A DNA stretch of 64,000 bases, from the NCBI RefSeq assembly GCF_009914755.1, contig NC_060948.1; one strand, given 5' to 3'. This stretch comes from the human T2T-CHM13v2.0 reference genome, Homo sapiens. The translations under genes and the position numbers were made by a program. Below are positions 26,336-39,249 of this stretch, one piece after another; position 1 is the stretch's first letter, and every line of letters begins with the position of its first letter. The notes under the pieces were generated by a model. It had not been told where the DNA came from. It saw only the letters and a program-made list of their open reading frames with translations, and ran no database searches.

Positions 26336-27587
26336 TATCGCCAAGCGGTGAGACTGTCGCCTGTCACCAAGCAGTGAGTACCATCAGACCCCTTTCACTT
26401 GCTATTCTATCCTATTTTCCTTAGAATTCGGGGGTTAAATATCGGGCACCTGTCGGCCAGCTAAAAGCGACTAGTGTGGCCACCGGACTAAAGACACGGG
26501 TGTCAGGCTTTCTGGAAATGGGCTCTCTAACAACCCCCAGCTCTTCGGAGTTGGGAGCGTTGGTTTGCCTAGAACAAGCTTCTGCTTTTCCTGTACTTCT
26601 GGGCTCAGCCGAGGGTCAACAGAGAGGAAAGCCATTCAGCTCCGGGGTCCCGACAACACGTTGGTTGACCCTACGGCCATGAGTGGAACTCTCAAAGGCA
26701 TGTCGCCCAAGCGAGACTCACCCATCTATCTTATCTATCCCTGACCCTTGCCCTCTGTGTCCAAATGCTTGCCACACAAACTTCCTCTTGACTCTCTTCT
26801 CTGAGGTTAGTCCTCCTTCTAAAAATTGTTACCTGTCTCTGGTGCTTTTCTAGTTTCTCCTATAAGAATGATTTCTAGTATAAAGTCCAGGACTCTGTTA
26901 CTTTCTTCAGGCACCTGGGCTCACCAATCAGAAAGACATAACTTTTGCCCAAAGCCCTGTCGTAGTGGGGACTACCTGGAATTTTAGGATCCCTCCTCCG
27001 ACTAATAGGCCTAACAAAAACTATTCCTGAAGCTAGGATATGGGGAGCCTCAGAAATTGTATCCTTCCTATTCATGTAAGTGAGGACAAAATGTGTCACT
27101 CTTCCACCCTGGAGATCCCCTCCCTCCCTCAGGGTATGGCCCTCCACTTCATTTTTGGGGCATAACATCTGTATAGGACAGGGGTAAAGTCCCAACACTA
27201 AAAGGTGAATGCTTAGGACTCTAACAGGTTTTTAAGAATGTGTCGGTAAGGGCCACTAAATCCGATTTTTCTCAGTCTGTCCTCTTTGTGGTCTAGGAGG
27301 ACAGGCAAGGGTGCAGGTTTTTGAGAATGCATCGGTAAGGACCGACCTTCCTCAGTCCTCCATGTGGTCTGGAAGGAAAGCTAGTGTTTCCGCTGCAGCG
27401 TCGGTGAGCACAACTATTCTGACCAGCAGGGTCCAGGGACCATTGTGGGTTCCTGGGCAGGGGTTGTTTCTGCTGATGCGTTGGTGAGTGCAACTATTCT
27501 GATCAGCAGGGTCCAGGGACCGTTGCGGGTTCTAGGGCAGGGGGAGAAACAAAACAAACCAAAACCGCAGGCGGTTTTGTCTTTCAG

Positions 27588-29051
27588 ATGGGAAACACTC
27601 AGGCATCAACAGGCTCACCCTTGAAATGCATGCTAAACCATTGGGACCAATTTAACCCACAAACCCTGAAAAAGAGGTGGCTCATTTTTTTTCTGCACTA
27701 CGGCTTGGTCCCAATATTCCCTCTTTGATGGGGAAAAATGGCCACGTGAGGGAAGTAGAAATTACAATACTATCCTGCATCCTGACCTTTTCTGTAAGAG
27801 GGAAGGCAAATGGAGTGAAATACCTTATGTCCAAGCTTTCTTTTCATTGAGGGAGAATACACAACTATGCAAAGCTTACAATTTACATCCCACAGGAGGA
27901 CCTCTCAGCTTACCCCCATATCCTAGCCTCCCTATAGCTCCCCTTCCTATGAATGATAATCCTCCTCTAATCTCCCCTGCCCAGAAGGAAATAAGCAAAG
28001 AAATCTCCAGAGGACCACAACCCGCCCCCCAGGCAATCGGTTATGTCCCCTTCAAGCTGTAGGGGGCAGAGAACTTGGCCCAACCCAGGTGCATGTCCCC
28101 TTCTCCCTCTCTGATTTAAAGCAGATCAAGGCAGACCTGGGGAAGTTTTCAGATGATCCTGATAGGTACGTAGATGTCCTACAGGGTCTAGGGCAAACCT
28201 TTGACCTCGCTTGGAGAGATGTCATGCTACTCTTAGATCAAACCCTGGTCTTTAATGAAAAGAATGTGGCTTTAGCTGCAGCCTGAGAGTTTGGAGATAC
28301 CTGGTATCTTAGTCAGTAAATGATAGAATGACAGCTGAAGAAAGGCACAAATTCCCTACTGGTCAGCAAGCCATCCCCAGTATGGATCCCCACTGGGACC
28401 TTGACTCAGATCATGGGGACTGGAGTTGTAAACATCTGTTGACCTGTGTTCTAGAGGGACTACGGAGGATTAGAAAAAAGCCCATGAATTATTCAGTGAT
28501 GTCCACCATAACACAGGGAAAGGAATAAAATCCTTCTGCCTTCCTCGAGCAGCTACGAGAGGTCTTAAGAATATATACTCCCCTCTCGCCTGAATCCCTC
28601 GAGGGTCAATTGATTCTAAAAGATAAATTTATTACCCAATCAGCCACAGCTATCAGGAGAAAGCTCCAAAAGCAAGCCCTGGGCCCTGAACAAAATCTAG
28701 AGGCATTATTAAACCTGGCAAACCTCGTCGTTCTATAATAGGGACCAAGAGGAACAGGCCCAAAAGGAAAAGCGAGGTCAGAGAAAGGCTGCAGCCTTAG
28801 TCCTGGCCCTGAGATAAACAAACCTTGGTGATTCAGAGAGGACAGAAAATGGAGCAGTCCAATCACCTGGTAGGGCTTGTTATCAGTGTGGCTTACTAGG
28901 ACACGTTAAAAAAGATTGTCCAATGAGAAACAAGCTGCCCCCTCGTCCATGTCCACTACACTGAGACAATCACTGGAAGGTGCACTGCCCCAGAGGATGA
29001 AGTTTTCCTGGGTCAGAAGCCCCCAACCAGATAATCCAACAACAGGACTGA
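27588..29051 (+). pseudogene. gag: HERV9 gag (disrupted)
   Basis: ATG GGA AAC ACT CAG myristoylation-type start; VPFSLSDLKQIKADLGKFSDDPD; CYQCGLLGHVKKDC zinc knuckle near 28878; ends CAGGACTGA; several stops and frameshifts. Confidence 0.9.
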
Positions 29052-31250
29052 GGGTGCCCCGGGCAAGCACCAGCTCATGCCATCACCCACACTGAGCCCC
29101 GGGTATGTTTAACTATTGAGGGCCCGGAAATTGACTTCATCCTGGACACTGGTGCGGCATTCTCAGTGTTAATCTCTGGTCCTGGACGACTGTCCTCAAG
29201 GTCCGTTACCATCTGAGGAATCCTGGGACAACCTGTTACCAGGTATTTCTCCCACCTCCTGAGTTGTAATTGGGAGACTTTGGTCTTTTCACATCCCTTT
29301 CTTGTTATGCCTGAAAGTCCCACACCCTTATTAGGGAGGGGTATATTAGCCAAGGCTGGAGCTATTATCTACATGAATATGGGGAAGAACTTACCCATTT
29401 GTTGTCCCCTACTTGAGGAGGGAATCAACCCTGAAGTCTGGGCATTGGAAGGACAATTTGGAAGGGCAAAAAATGCCCACCCAGTCCAAATCAGTTTAAA
29501 AGATCCCACCACTTTTCCTTATCAAAGACTATCCCTTAAGGCCTGAAGCTAATAAAGGGCTACAGAATATTGTTAAACATTTGAAAGCTCAAGGCTCAGT
29601 AAGGAAATGCAGCCATCCCTGCAACACCCCAATCCTAGGAGTAGGAAAAGCAAACGGTCAGTGGAGACTAGTGCAAGATCTTAGACTCATCAATGAGGCA
29701 GTAATTCCTCTATATCCAGTTGTACCCAACCCCGATACCCTGCTCTCAAATACCAGAGGAAGCAAAATGGTTCATGCTTCTGGACCTCAAGGATGCCTTC
29801 TTCTGTATTCCCCTGCACTCTGACTCCCAGTTCCTCTTTGCCTTTGAGGATCCCACAAACCACATGTCCCAACTTAACATGGACGGTCTTGCCCCAAGGG
29901 TTTAGGGATAGCCCTCACCTGTTTGATCAGGCACTGGCCCAAGATCTTGGCCACTTCTCAAGTCCAGGCACTCTGGTCCTTTGGTATGTGGATGATTTAT
30001 TTTGGCTACCAGTTTGGAAGCCTCATGCCAGCAGGCTACTCTAGATCTCTTGAACTTTCTAGCTAATCAAGGGTACAAGGTGTCTAGGTCGAAGGCCCAG
30101 CTTTGCCTAGAGCAGGTCAAATATCTAGGCCTAATCTTAGCCAGAGGGACCAGGGCCCTCAGCAAGGAATGAATACAGCCTCTACTGGCTTATCCCCACC
30201 CTAAAACATTAAAACAGTTGCGGGGTTCCTTGGAATTACTGGCTTTTGCCGACTGTGGATCCCCAGATGCAACAAGATAGCCAGGCCCCTCTATACTCTA
30301 ATCAAGGAAACCCAGAAGGCAAATACTCATCTAGTAGAATGGGAACCAGAGGCAGAAACAGCCTTCAAAACCTTAAAGCAGGCCCTAGTAGAAGCTCCAG
30401 CTTTAAGCCTTCCCACAGGACAAAACTTCTCTTTATACTTCACAAAGAGAGCTAGGATAGCTCTTGGAGTCATTACTCAGACTCGTGGGACAACCCCACA
30501 ACCAGGGGCATACCTAGGTAAGGAAATTGATGTAGTAGCAAAAGGCTGCCCTCACTGTTTAAGGGTAGCTGCAGCAGTGGCCGTCTTAGTGTCAGAGGCT
30601 ATCAAAATAATACAAGGAAAGGATCTCACTGTCTGGACTACTCATGATGTAAATGGCATACTAGGTGCCAAAGGAAGTTTGTGGCTATCAGACAACCACC
30701 TACTTAGATACCAGGTGCTACTCCTTGAGGGACTGGCGCTTCAAATACTCATGTGCATGGCCCTCAACCCTGCCACTTTTCTCCCAGAGGATGGGGAACC
30801 AATCGAGCATGACTGCCAACAAATTATAGTCCAGACTTTTGCCGCCTGAGATGATCTCTTAGAAGTCCCTTTAACTAATCCTGACCTTAACCTATATACC
30901 GACGGAAGTTCATTTATGGAGAATGGGATACGAAGGGCAGGTTATGCCATAGTTAGTGATGTATCCATACTTGAAAGTAAGCCTCTTCCCCCAGGGACCA
31001 GTGCCCAGTTAGCAGCACTAGTGGCACTTACCCGAGCCTTAGAACTGGGAAAGGGAAAAAGAATAAATGTGTATACAGATAGCAAATATGCTTATCTAAT
31101 CCTACATGCCCATGCTGCAATATGGAAAGAGAGGGAGTTCCTAACCTCTGGGGGAACCCCTGTTAAATGCCACAAGGAAATTATAGAATTATTGCATGCA
31201 ATGCAAAAACACAAGTAGGTGGCACTCTTACACTGCCAAAGCCATCAAAA
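29052..31250 (+). pseudogene. pol: HERV9 pro-pol (PR, RT, RNase H; integrase missing; disrupted)
   Basis: LDTGA protease near 29142; [32 protein letters not shown]; RNase H TDGS...YTDSKYA; broken into short ORFs. Confidence 0.92.
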
Positions 31251-31500
31251 TGGGAAGAAGAGGGGAGAACAGCAGCATGAGTGACTGGCAGAGGTAGGGA
31301 AAGACCAGCAAGAAGGAGAGAAAAAGAAAGTCAGAGAAAGAGAGAGAGAGAGGAAGGAACAGAGGGACAAAGAGAAGGAGTCAGAGAGAAAGAGGGACAG
31401 ACACAGAAAGTCAAAGAGAGAGTTAAAAAGAGAGGAAGAGACAAAGAAGGAGTTGAAGAGAGAAAGAGAGAGAAAGAAATAGTAAAGAAAAAAAAACAGT
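31250..31500 (+). repeat. AG-rich tract where the integrase would be
   Basis: Purine-rich degenerate repeat between RNase H and env. Confidence 0.8.
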
Positions 31501-31519
31501 GTACACTATTCCTTTAAAA

Positions 31520-31903
31520 GCCAGGGTTAAGTTCTGTCTACCCAGACAAGGCAGATTCTTCTTATGTGGAACAACGACCTGTATCTGCCTCCCCACTAAC
31601 TTGACAGGCACCTGCACCTTAGTCTAAGTCCCAACATTATCATTGCCCCAGGAAATCAGACCTTATCAGTACCCCTCAAAGCTCAAGTCTGTCAGTGCAG
31701 AGCCATACAACTAATACCCCTCCTTAAAGGGTTAGGAATGGCTATGGCTACAGGAACCAGAATATGTGGTTTATCTACTTCATTATCCTACTACCACACA
31801 CTCTCCAAGGATATCTCAGACAGTTTGCAAGAAATAGCGAAATCTGTTCTTACTTTATAATCCCAAATAGACTCTTTGGCAGCAGTGACTCTCCAAAACT
31901 GCC
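31520..31903 (+). pseudogene. env: HERV9 env fragment (SU C-terminus, fusion peptide, start of TM)
   Basis: FFLCG...CLPTNLTGTCTLV, RAIQLIPLL.GLG, SQIDSLAAVTLQN, then directly the PPT. Confidence 0.85.
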
Positions 31904-31912
31904 AGGGGGGAT

Positions 31913-33476
31913 TGAGAGGTGACAGCATGCTGACAGCCCTGGCTCACTCTCGGTGCCTCCTCAGCCTCAGCGCCCATTCTGGCCATGCTTGAGGAGCCCT
32001 TCAGCCTTCCACTGCACCATGGGAGCCCTTGTGTGGGCTGGCCGAGGCCGGAGCCAGCTCCCTCAGCTTGCGGGGAGGTGTGGAGGGAGAGGCAGGGGTG
32101 GGAGCCAGGGCTGCGTGCAGTGCTTGTGGGCCAGCTAGAGTTCTGGGTGGGTGTGGGCTTGCTGATCCCTGCACTTGCAGTGGCCGGCCAGCCCTGCCAG
32201 CCCCAGGCAGTGAGGGACTTAGTACCCAGGCCAGCAGCTGCAGAGGGTGTGCCGGGTCCCCCAGCAGTGCTGACCCACCAGCGCTGTGCTGGATTTCTCA
32301 CCCGGCCTTAGCTGCCTCCCCACGGGGCAGGGCTTGGGACCTGCAGCCCACCATGCCTGAGTCTCCCCCAACCGCCATGGGCTCCTGCATGGCCTGAGCC
32401 TCCTGGACGAGCGCCACCCCCTACTCCATGGTGCCTGGTCCCATCGGCCGCCCAAGGGCTGAGGAGTGCAGGCGCACGGTGAGTGACTGGCGGGCAGCTC
32501 CACCTGTGGCCCTGGTATAAGATCCACTGGGTGAGGCCAGCTGGGCTCCTGAGTCTAGTGGGGACTTGGAGAACCTCTGTGTCTAGCTAAGGGATTGTGA
32601 GTGCACCAATCAGCACGCTGTGTCTAGCTCAAGGTTTGTGAACACACCAATCAGCGCCCTGTGTCTAGCTCAGGGTTTGTGGATGCACCAACCGGCACTC
32701 TGTATCTAGCTAATCTGGTGGGGACTTGGAGAGTCTTTATGTCTAGCTAAGGGATTGTGAATACACCAATCAGCACTCTGTATCTAGCTCAAGGTTTGTG
32801 AACACACCAATCAGCACCCTCTGTCTAGCTCAGGATTTGTGGATGTACCAACCGGCACTCTGTATCTGGCTAATCTGGTGGGGACTTGGAGAATCTTTAT
32901 GTCTAGCTAAGGGATTGTGAATACACCAATCAGCACTCTGTATCTAGCTCAAGGTTTGTAAACACACCAATCAGCACACTGTGTCTAGCTCAGGGTTAGT
33001 GGATGCACCAATTGGCACTCTGTATCTAGCTAATCTAGTGGGGACTTGGAGAACCTTTATGTCAAGCTAAGGGATTGTGAATGCACCAGTCAGCACTCTG
33101 TGTCTAGCTAAAGGTTTGTAAGTGTAGCAATCAGAGCTCTGTGTCTAGCTAATCTGGTGGGGACTTGGGGAATCTTTATGTCTAGCTAAGGGATTGTGAA
33201 TGCACCAGTTGGCTCCCTGTATCTAGCTCAAGGTTTGTAAATGCACCAATCAGCACTCTGTGTCTAGCTCAGGATTTGTAAATACACCAATCGACACTCT
33301 CTATGTAGCTAATCTAGTGGGGATGTGGAGAACCTCTTTGTCTAGCTCAGGGATTGTAAATGCACCAGTCAGCACCCTGTCAAAACAGACCATTCAGCGC
33401 TCTGTAAAACAGACCAATCGGCTCTCTCTAAAATGGACCAATCAGCAGGATGTGGGTGGGGCCAGATAAGAGAATA
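31913..33476 (+). mobile_element. 3' LTR12, U3 only (R-U5 missing)
   Basis: PPT agggggga then tgagaggtgacagc; homology stops at gataagagaataa. Confidence 0.93.
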
Positions 33477-33732
33477 ATAACCATGGAAATATCTTGAAAA
33501 CTGTTGTGCAGATGTAGGTAGTCATTCTTGTTGACACATTGATGAAGATGCTAATAACTCATGAGACCATCTTAAAAGGGGCTGGTTGGTAGGAAGGAAA
33601 GCCTGAATTAGTGCAAGGTCTGAATAATCGGGTTTCTTCTTACTTTTTTAAAAAAATCAAACTTAATTGTTCACAGCAGTTTAGAAATACATTTCAAGGG
33701 CTGCCACTTAGAGGCGAATTTTAACAAAGAAA

Positions 33733-34040
33733 GGCCAGGCACAGGGGATCGTGCCAGTAATCCCAGTACTATGGGTGACTGTGATGGAAAGATAACTTGA
33801 GGCTAGAAGTTTGAGCCAGGGCAACACAGTGAGCCCCTGTCTCTACAAAAAATAAAAATTAAAAAATTGCCAGATATGGTGGCATGTACCTGTAGTCCTG
33901 ACTATCTGAGAGGCTGAGATGAGAGGATTGCTGGAGCCTGAGATTTGGAGGCTGCAGTGAGATTTGATCATGTCACTGCACTCCAGCCTGGATGACAGAG
34001 CAAGACCCTCTCTAAAAAAAAGAAAGAGAGAGAGAGAGCC
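33733..34040 (+). mobile_element. AluJ
   Basis: Diverged dimeric Alu (gaggattgctggagcc, gaggctgcagtgag) with A/GA tail. Confidence 0.88.
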
Positions 34041-35589
34041 AAAATTTCAGTCCCAGTAGCTCACTTACTTAGGTGGTTTGAGTATCATTAAATTCATCAG
34101 GGTCACCAAACAGTTAATTAAGTAGATAAAGAGTCCTCCATTTTATTGATACCTTTTGTTTATTAAAAATTTCCTTTTTCTTTTTCAACATTACTGTTAA
34201 GCTCTATTCCTTCCCCTGGGTGAGTTCTTGCAATATTAAATTGGTAGGATCTGAATTCATACCTGTTTTGGATAAATCTATCAAATTTAAGAAGGAACCT
34301 AGGAAAGAACAACTTGAGAGGTGGCCGTAGAGCAGACAGGAGCCCTGTATGACATTGATCATTTGGAGGCCACCTGGCCTCCACTTCTCTCTGTGACTGC
34401 CTCCTCTTGAGGGATTTTCCATTGTGTGGGGCTTTGGGAGGTGAGAACACAGCTGGGGAAGAAGACTCTACCACTTGGGCTCAACTTTCCCTGAAGACTC
34501 TGAATCCTGTAAACACGGGGCAAGCAGTGGCCTTGGTACATCTCGGACTGAGGAGAAGCTCAGATCAGGTAGTTCCTATGACAAGGCCCCTCTTCAGGAG
34601 CTCCCTGATTCTGGGACACCCCTGGCCTAAAATCAAGTTAGTAAGCCCCAGATATCCTCCAATTACCCTTCTTTTCATTCAGGAGAGCCAAAAATCGGCT
34701 TTTATTTGTAAGTAGATAACATGGCTAATAAGGTGTCCTTTTCCAAACAATTTTTCACCTACAAACAATTTTTGTGTGTGTGTGCTAATCTGTAATGTTG
34801 CTGAGTGAATTGTTTAACAAGAAGCACATCAGAGTGATTTTAGCAACAAGAGCACTCATTCCTGTCTCGGTCTAGAACTCCTGAGATTTAAGATGGATCT
34901 GAAAAATTCTGTGTTCTCTTAAAGTGTAGTCATGTTTTCATAATCGGTGTGTTGTGCCTTTTTCATATTCTTTGTCGGCATGCAGCTGTTCAAATTTAAA
35001 GGAAAGTTTCTGTCCCAAAAGCGTAATTCCTCGACAGAAAGTTGTTTGTTGGTTTTTGTTTGTTTGTTTGTAAGTCATAATCATGTTTTTGAGAATGTTT
35101 ATTTCACTTTACCGTAGCATCATACAATTCAACCTCATGGGCATTCTTTATTCTGACACTTATAACTCTGAGTAAGAACACCATCTCTCTTGGGAGAAAA
35201 AGCAAAAGAGAATGTTTCTTTAATAAATATGCTTAATGTTCAATTAAAGTGTGTCTGTGGTGGAGAAGAGGGACAATAGATTTTTTCTTGAAATTTGTAA
35301 GAGGCTAAATTATTCAACACAGACAGTCTACCTTGAATAAACTTTATCATCTAAAAACATTAAGAATTTGGGCCTCTGGGCCTCTCAAAAAAAAAAAAAA
35401 AAAAAGAAGAAGAATTTGGACCTCTGGATGCTGACATTCTTAACCTTGGATACAAACCCAAGGGAAGTGATTGCAACACCAATTGTTATAATTTGGCTGT
35501 AATATTCAGTCTGAAGAGACTAATTGTGAATGCAACTCTGCCTTTTTGTGTGTAAAATTATTTAGCTTACTATCATAATTTTCGATTCA

Positions 35590-35880
35590 GTTCTCTTTGC
35601 TAACCACCCAGTTTAATCCATTCTCTCAAGTGATTTTCTTCTCTCTGCACCATATTGGTTGAGGCTGCCTCATCTCCTGCTCATAGTAACATGGCACATT
35701 TTTATCTGATTCTGTCACTCTCTTCTCACTCCAATTCGTCTTCTCCAGTCCATTTTCAATAGCTACAGAGACCTGTTAAAACACAAATCTGGTCACTTTA
35801 TCTTCTGCCAAAGATTAATGTGCTCCCATTGTTCTTAGGATGAAAACGAAAGTCATTAATTAATATGCTAAGGCCAGCAT
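35590..35880 (+). mobile_element. L2 fragment
   Basis: catctcctgc..., aaaacacaaatctggtcac..., ctcccattgttcttaggatgaaa. Confidence 0.5.
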
Positions 35881-37534
35881 TATCACTTTATTTTTAACAT
35901 TAAACAAAACCTAAAAGGTTTGTCATATAATTGATATCTACCATATCCTATAGTCAATTATTTCAAACAAATTAACCAGAGATGGATTTTGAAACTTGAA
36001 ATCTGCCACAGCTTCATCTTTCCATAACTCTATCAGTAAATAATTGGTCAAATTTCATGCTTTTGGTGGAGAAAAACTGCAAAGCCACAGAAACATCTAG
36101 TTTTGCCCAAAAACTAAGCAAAAACATGTAATTTGCCAAAAATTTGAGCCAAGAAACCATGGAGAAAACAGCCAAGCCCATCCATCAGGAAAGGCTTGGT
36201 TAGTGCCCATATCCGGACTGGAATATACAATCCCAAGAGTTGAAAAATGTGTGGGCAAAATGTAAGTTTGAGCAATAGTCACTTTCGTTTTCTTTTTTTT
36301 TTTATTTAAAGAGGTATGTGCTTGTCAGTGGGAATAAAAATAAAATGACATGCTTTTGGGATAAAATTGCTACGGCTGCAGTATCTTCCTTAGTGGGTAA
36401 TTGGCCATGCATCATAAAGAATGCGGTACCAGAAGGAGATCTTTAATACCACATCTTTAGTATCACGGCCCTATTAACCTTGACTTCAGATGGATTGGCC
36501 ATGGGGTTCACTTACTCCAGAGACCCAGCCTACAGAAAAAGACTTATGCAAAACTAGGTTTATTTTTTATTACTCTAGAGGGAAGGGCTGTGTCGAATGT
36601 ATAAAGATCCACTGCTTTCTCTAGGTAGAGGTTCAGAATTGCAAAATGGTGTGGTTGGAGTTGCAAGATCATTGATCTGTGCTAGGATGTAAAATTCAGA
36701 GAGAGCTGAATCAAAAATTAAGATGATAAGCTAAAATTATTTAGCTACAATTATTTAAAATTATTATATATTAGGGACTTCCCATAAGCCACACTGTGCT
36801 GTTTTATCTCATTAAATTTTCACAATGTAGCCACAGTTTTCCCCCATTTTACAGGTGACAAGATACAGTCCCAAAGAGAGAAGAGACATCTCTGTCCTCC
36901 CCATGCTCAGCATCCTTCGCCCTTTTTCTGGTGCCAGCATCCTGGCTTTCTTTGAGGGACGTGCTTCCTTCCCCTGTGTTGGTAGACAGATGCCTGGAAG
37001 CTACCACTCACGGTATCCTGCTCTCCCCTGGCCAGCCGTACCCTCTTCCCAAAGAACCCAATCATGATTAAATAACAGGCAGGGATAAAAGGTTTGAGAA
37101 AGATCCATCTCTCCCACAAAGTACCTTCTGCCACCATCCCCCTTCTTCCCTTTCTGTCTTCTGGTTCTTCAGTTTATCTTCCTTTTGGCTTAGGTTTCCC
37201 AGAGTGGATTTCTGTTGCTTGCAGTGAGCTAACTGTGGCTGAAATAAGAGGGTTAGTAGCTTTTCTGCACACACACATTCCAACTGCTACTTTCCTCACC
37301 CTTTCTGCCTCATCTCCCTGCTGCCTGTGGTAGTGATTGCTGGGCACTGGGTGCTTGATGCATGTGCATCCTGACCCTCCTTCCCACACTAGGATAGCGG
37401 AGGAGGTGGTATGCTTTGGTCTCTGGGAAGAAGCAACCCCAACCCAACACTTTGGGTTGCTGTTTCTCTGTACTGCTGGACTGCACAAAAGCCGAGCTTC
37501 CGTCTCAGTGTGGTTTGAAGGTGGCCAAATGGCC

Positions 37535-39245
37535 ATTAACTGGGTGCTGCGTCCAGCAGTATCACTCAATTCCACATGTAGAAAAAGTTAGCCAAGGGAT
37601 AAGAGCTAAAACACCTACAGAATGGGACGAAGATATGTCAAAATACCCTCTGTGGCTCTGGCACAGGCAGGACAGTAGCATCATCAGGCTGCTGGGCCCA
37701 CCAGTATGCAATAATTCCCTCTTTATTCAGTGTCGTAGCAGAAGTGTAACATCCTCTGTGTGCAAATCGTCAAAATTTTTCTTTGTGGGCACGGTTCAGA
37801 TAAAAACAGGAGAGTCACATGACCTAAATGCTGTGCTCAGCAATATGTCACAATTCCACCATTTGAAAGGCCCAGGCAGGGAAAGAGAGTCATGTCAGTT
37901 AGGTTATGGCCTCAGAGATATGTCCCAGTGTCCCCATTAGGCAGGACTCAGGCAGAAAAGGAGAGTCTTATCACCTAGGTTCTTCTTTAGGTATACGTCA
38001 CAGTATAAGACATAGACAGAAACCAAGCAGAAGAACCACATCACCCGGGTGTTGGGTCCTGAGATATGTTGCAAGGCTCCCTTAGGATAGAATCAAGGTG
38101 AAAGAGTTACATCACCTTGGTGTAGGTTCAACTTTTATGTCACAGTGCCTTACGTGGGTGAGGCCCAAGCTTTGAGTCACATCACCTCGGTAATATGCCC
38201 AAAGATATGTCACAATGCCCTGTTTAAAACACAGCCCTGGCAAAAGAGTACCGTCACTTGTGTGCCTGGGCCTAGCAATATGTTACTACCACCTGCTGTG
38301 TTCAGGGTCCTTTCCAGAGAGGAGAGTTACATTTCCTAAGTGGTGGACACAGTGATATGTTACAATGATGTCTGCGGAAATGGCGCAGGCAAGAATGTAA
38401 CATCATCTGGGTGTTAGATCTGGTAATATTTCACAATCCTTAGAGAATGGCAAAGGCAGGATGGTCACATCCTCTAGAAGCTGTAACATCACCTGGGTTT
38501 TACATCCAGTGATATGTCACAATCCTGAGAGGACATCCAAGGGAGGAGAGTCATATCATCTAGAAGTTGGCCCAGGTAGAGATCACAATCCCTTATGTGG
38601 GCTGAAACCAATCTAGAGGGTCAAATCACACAGATGCTTGCAAATATTTGTATCACATTCACACTGGTAGAACATACCAGAGATGAGATTTATAATACCA
38701 CACATGTCCTGTTTTCATGAGTGACAATGTGAGATCTGACAGTCCTTACTTTAAGGTGGGTGTGCATGTGAAACTTACAATTTCATCCTTCTGGGTTTTG
38801 TTAAGACACTCTCTGTACAAGTCATGGGCTTTATAAAATATCTGAGGCTGTTATAATCTTCTGTGGCCTTTTTACCAGAAAGAGATCCAAGACATCACTC
38901 GTGTTTCTAGAGCAAGTTACAAAAGTCAAATTAACTCCTGTTTCTGGGGTCCGCATATCAGAGTCATTATGATGCCTGTGAGCTGTGCCAAGGCATATGT
39001 CAAAATTTACTCTGTGGTAATGAAACAGGCATGACAGCCATATAACCTAAATGCCGAGGCAGAAATATTCCAATATTCTCTTTTCAGGCAAGTTCCTGGC
39101 AGAAATGTCACATAACTTTGGGGCTACGCCTAACTCTGTGGCACAATGGCCCTTGTAGGCAGTTTCCAGGCAGAAGAGGAGAGTCATATCACCTAAATAA
39201 TAGGCCCAGAGATATGTCACAATGCCTCCTGTTGAAAGTGGCAGG
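37535..39245. repeat. Diverged beta-satellite-like (BSR/Beta) tandem array of the type found in ZNF91-family clusters
   Basis: Recurring gagtcacatcacct...gatatgtcacaat...ccaggcag units about 70-75 bp apart (e.g. near 37843, 37918, 37992, 38063, 38135, 38205, 38278, 38354). Confidence 0.85.
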
Positions 39246-39249
39246 AACG

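Larger units (their letters stand above)
24489..33476 (+). mobile_element. HERV9 (ERV9) provirus, internally deleted, with LTR12-family LTRs
   Basis: 5' LTR, tRNA-Arg PBS, gag-pro-pol remnants, env fragment, PPT and truncated 3' LTR in order. Confidence 0.95.

Noticed and set aside
27588-31903. HERV9 as a source of functional or domesticated Gag, Pol or Env
   Set aside because: Longest in-frame fragment is about 100 aa; many stops and frameshifts; integrase and most of env missing
37416-37940. 174-aa ORF crossing the duplicon junction
   Set aside because: Non-ATG start, mostly satellite-derived, no recognisable domain or splice context
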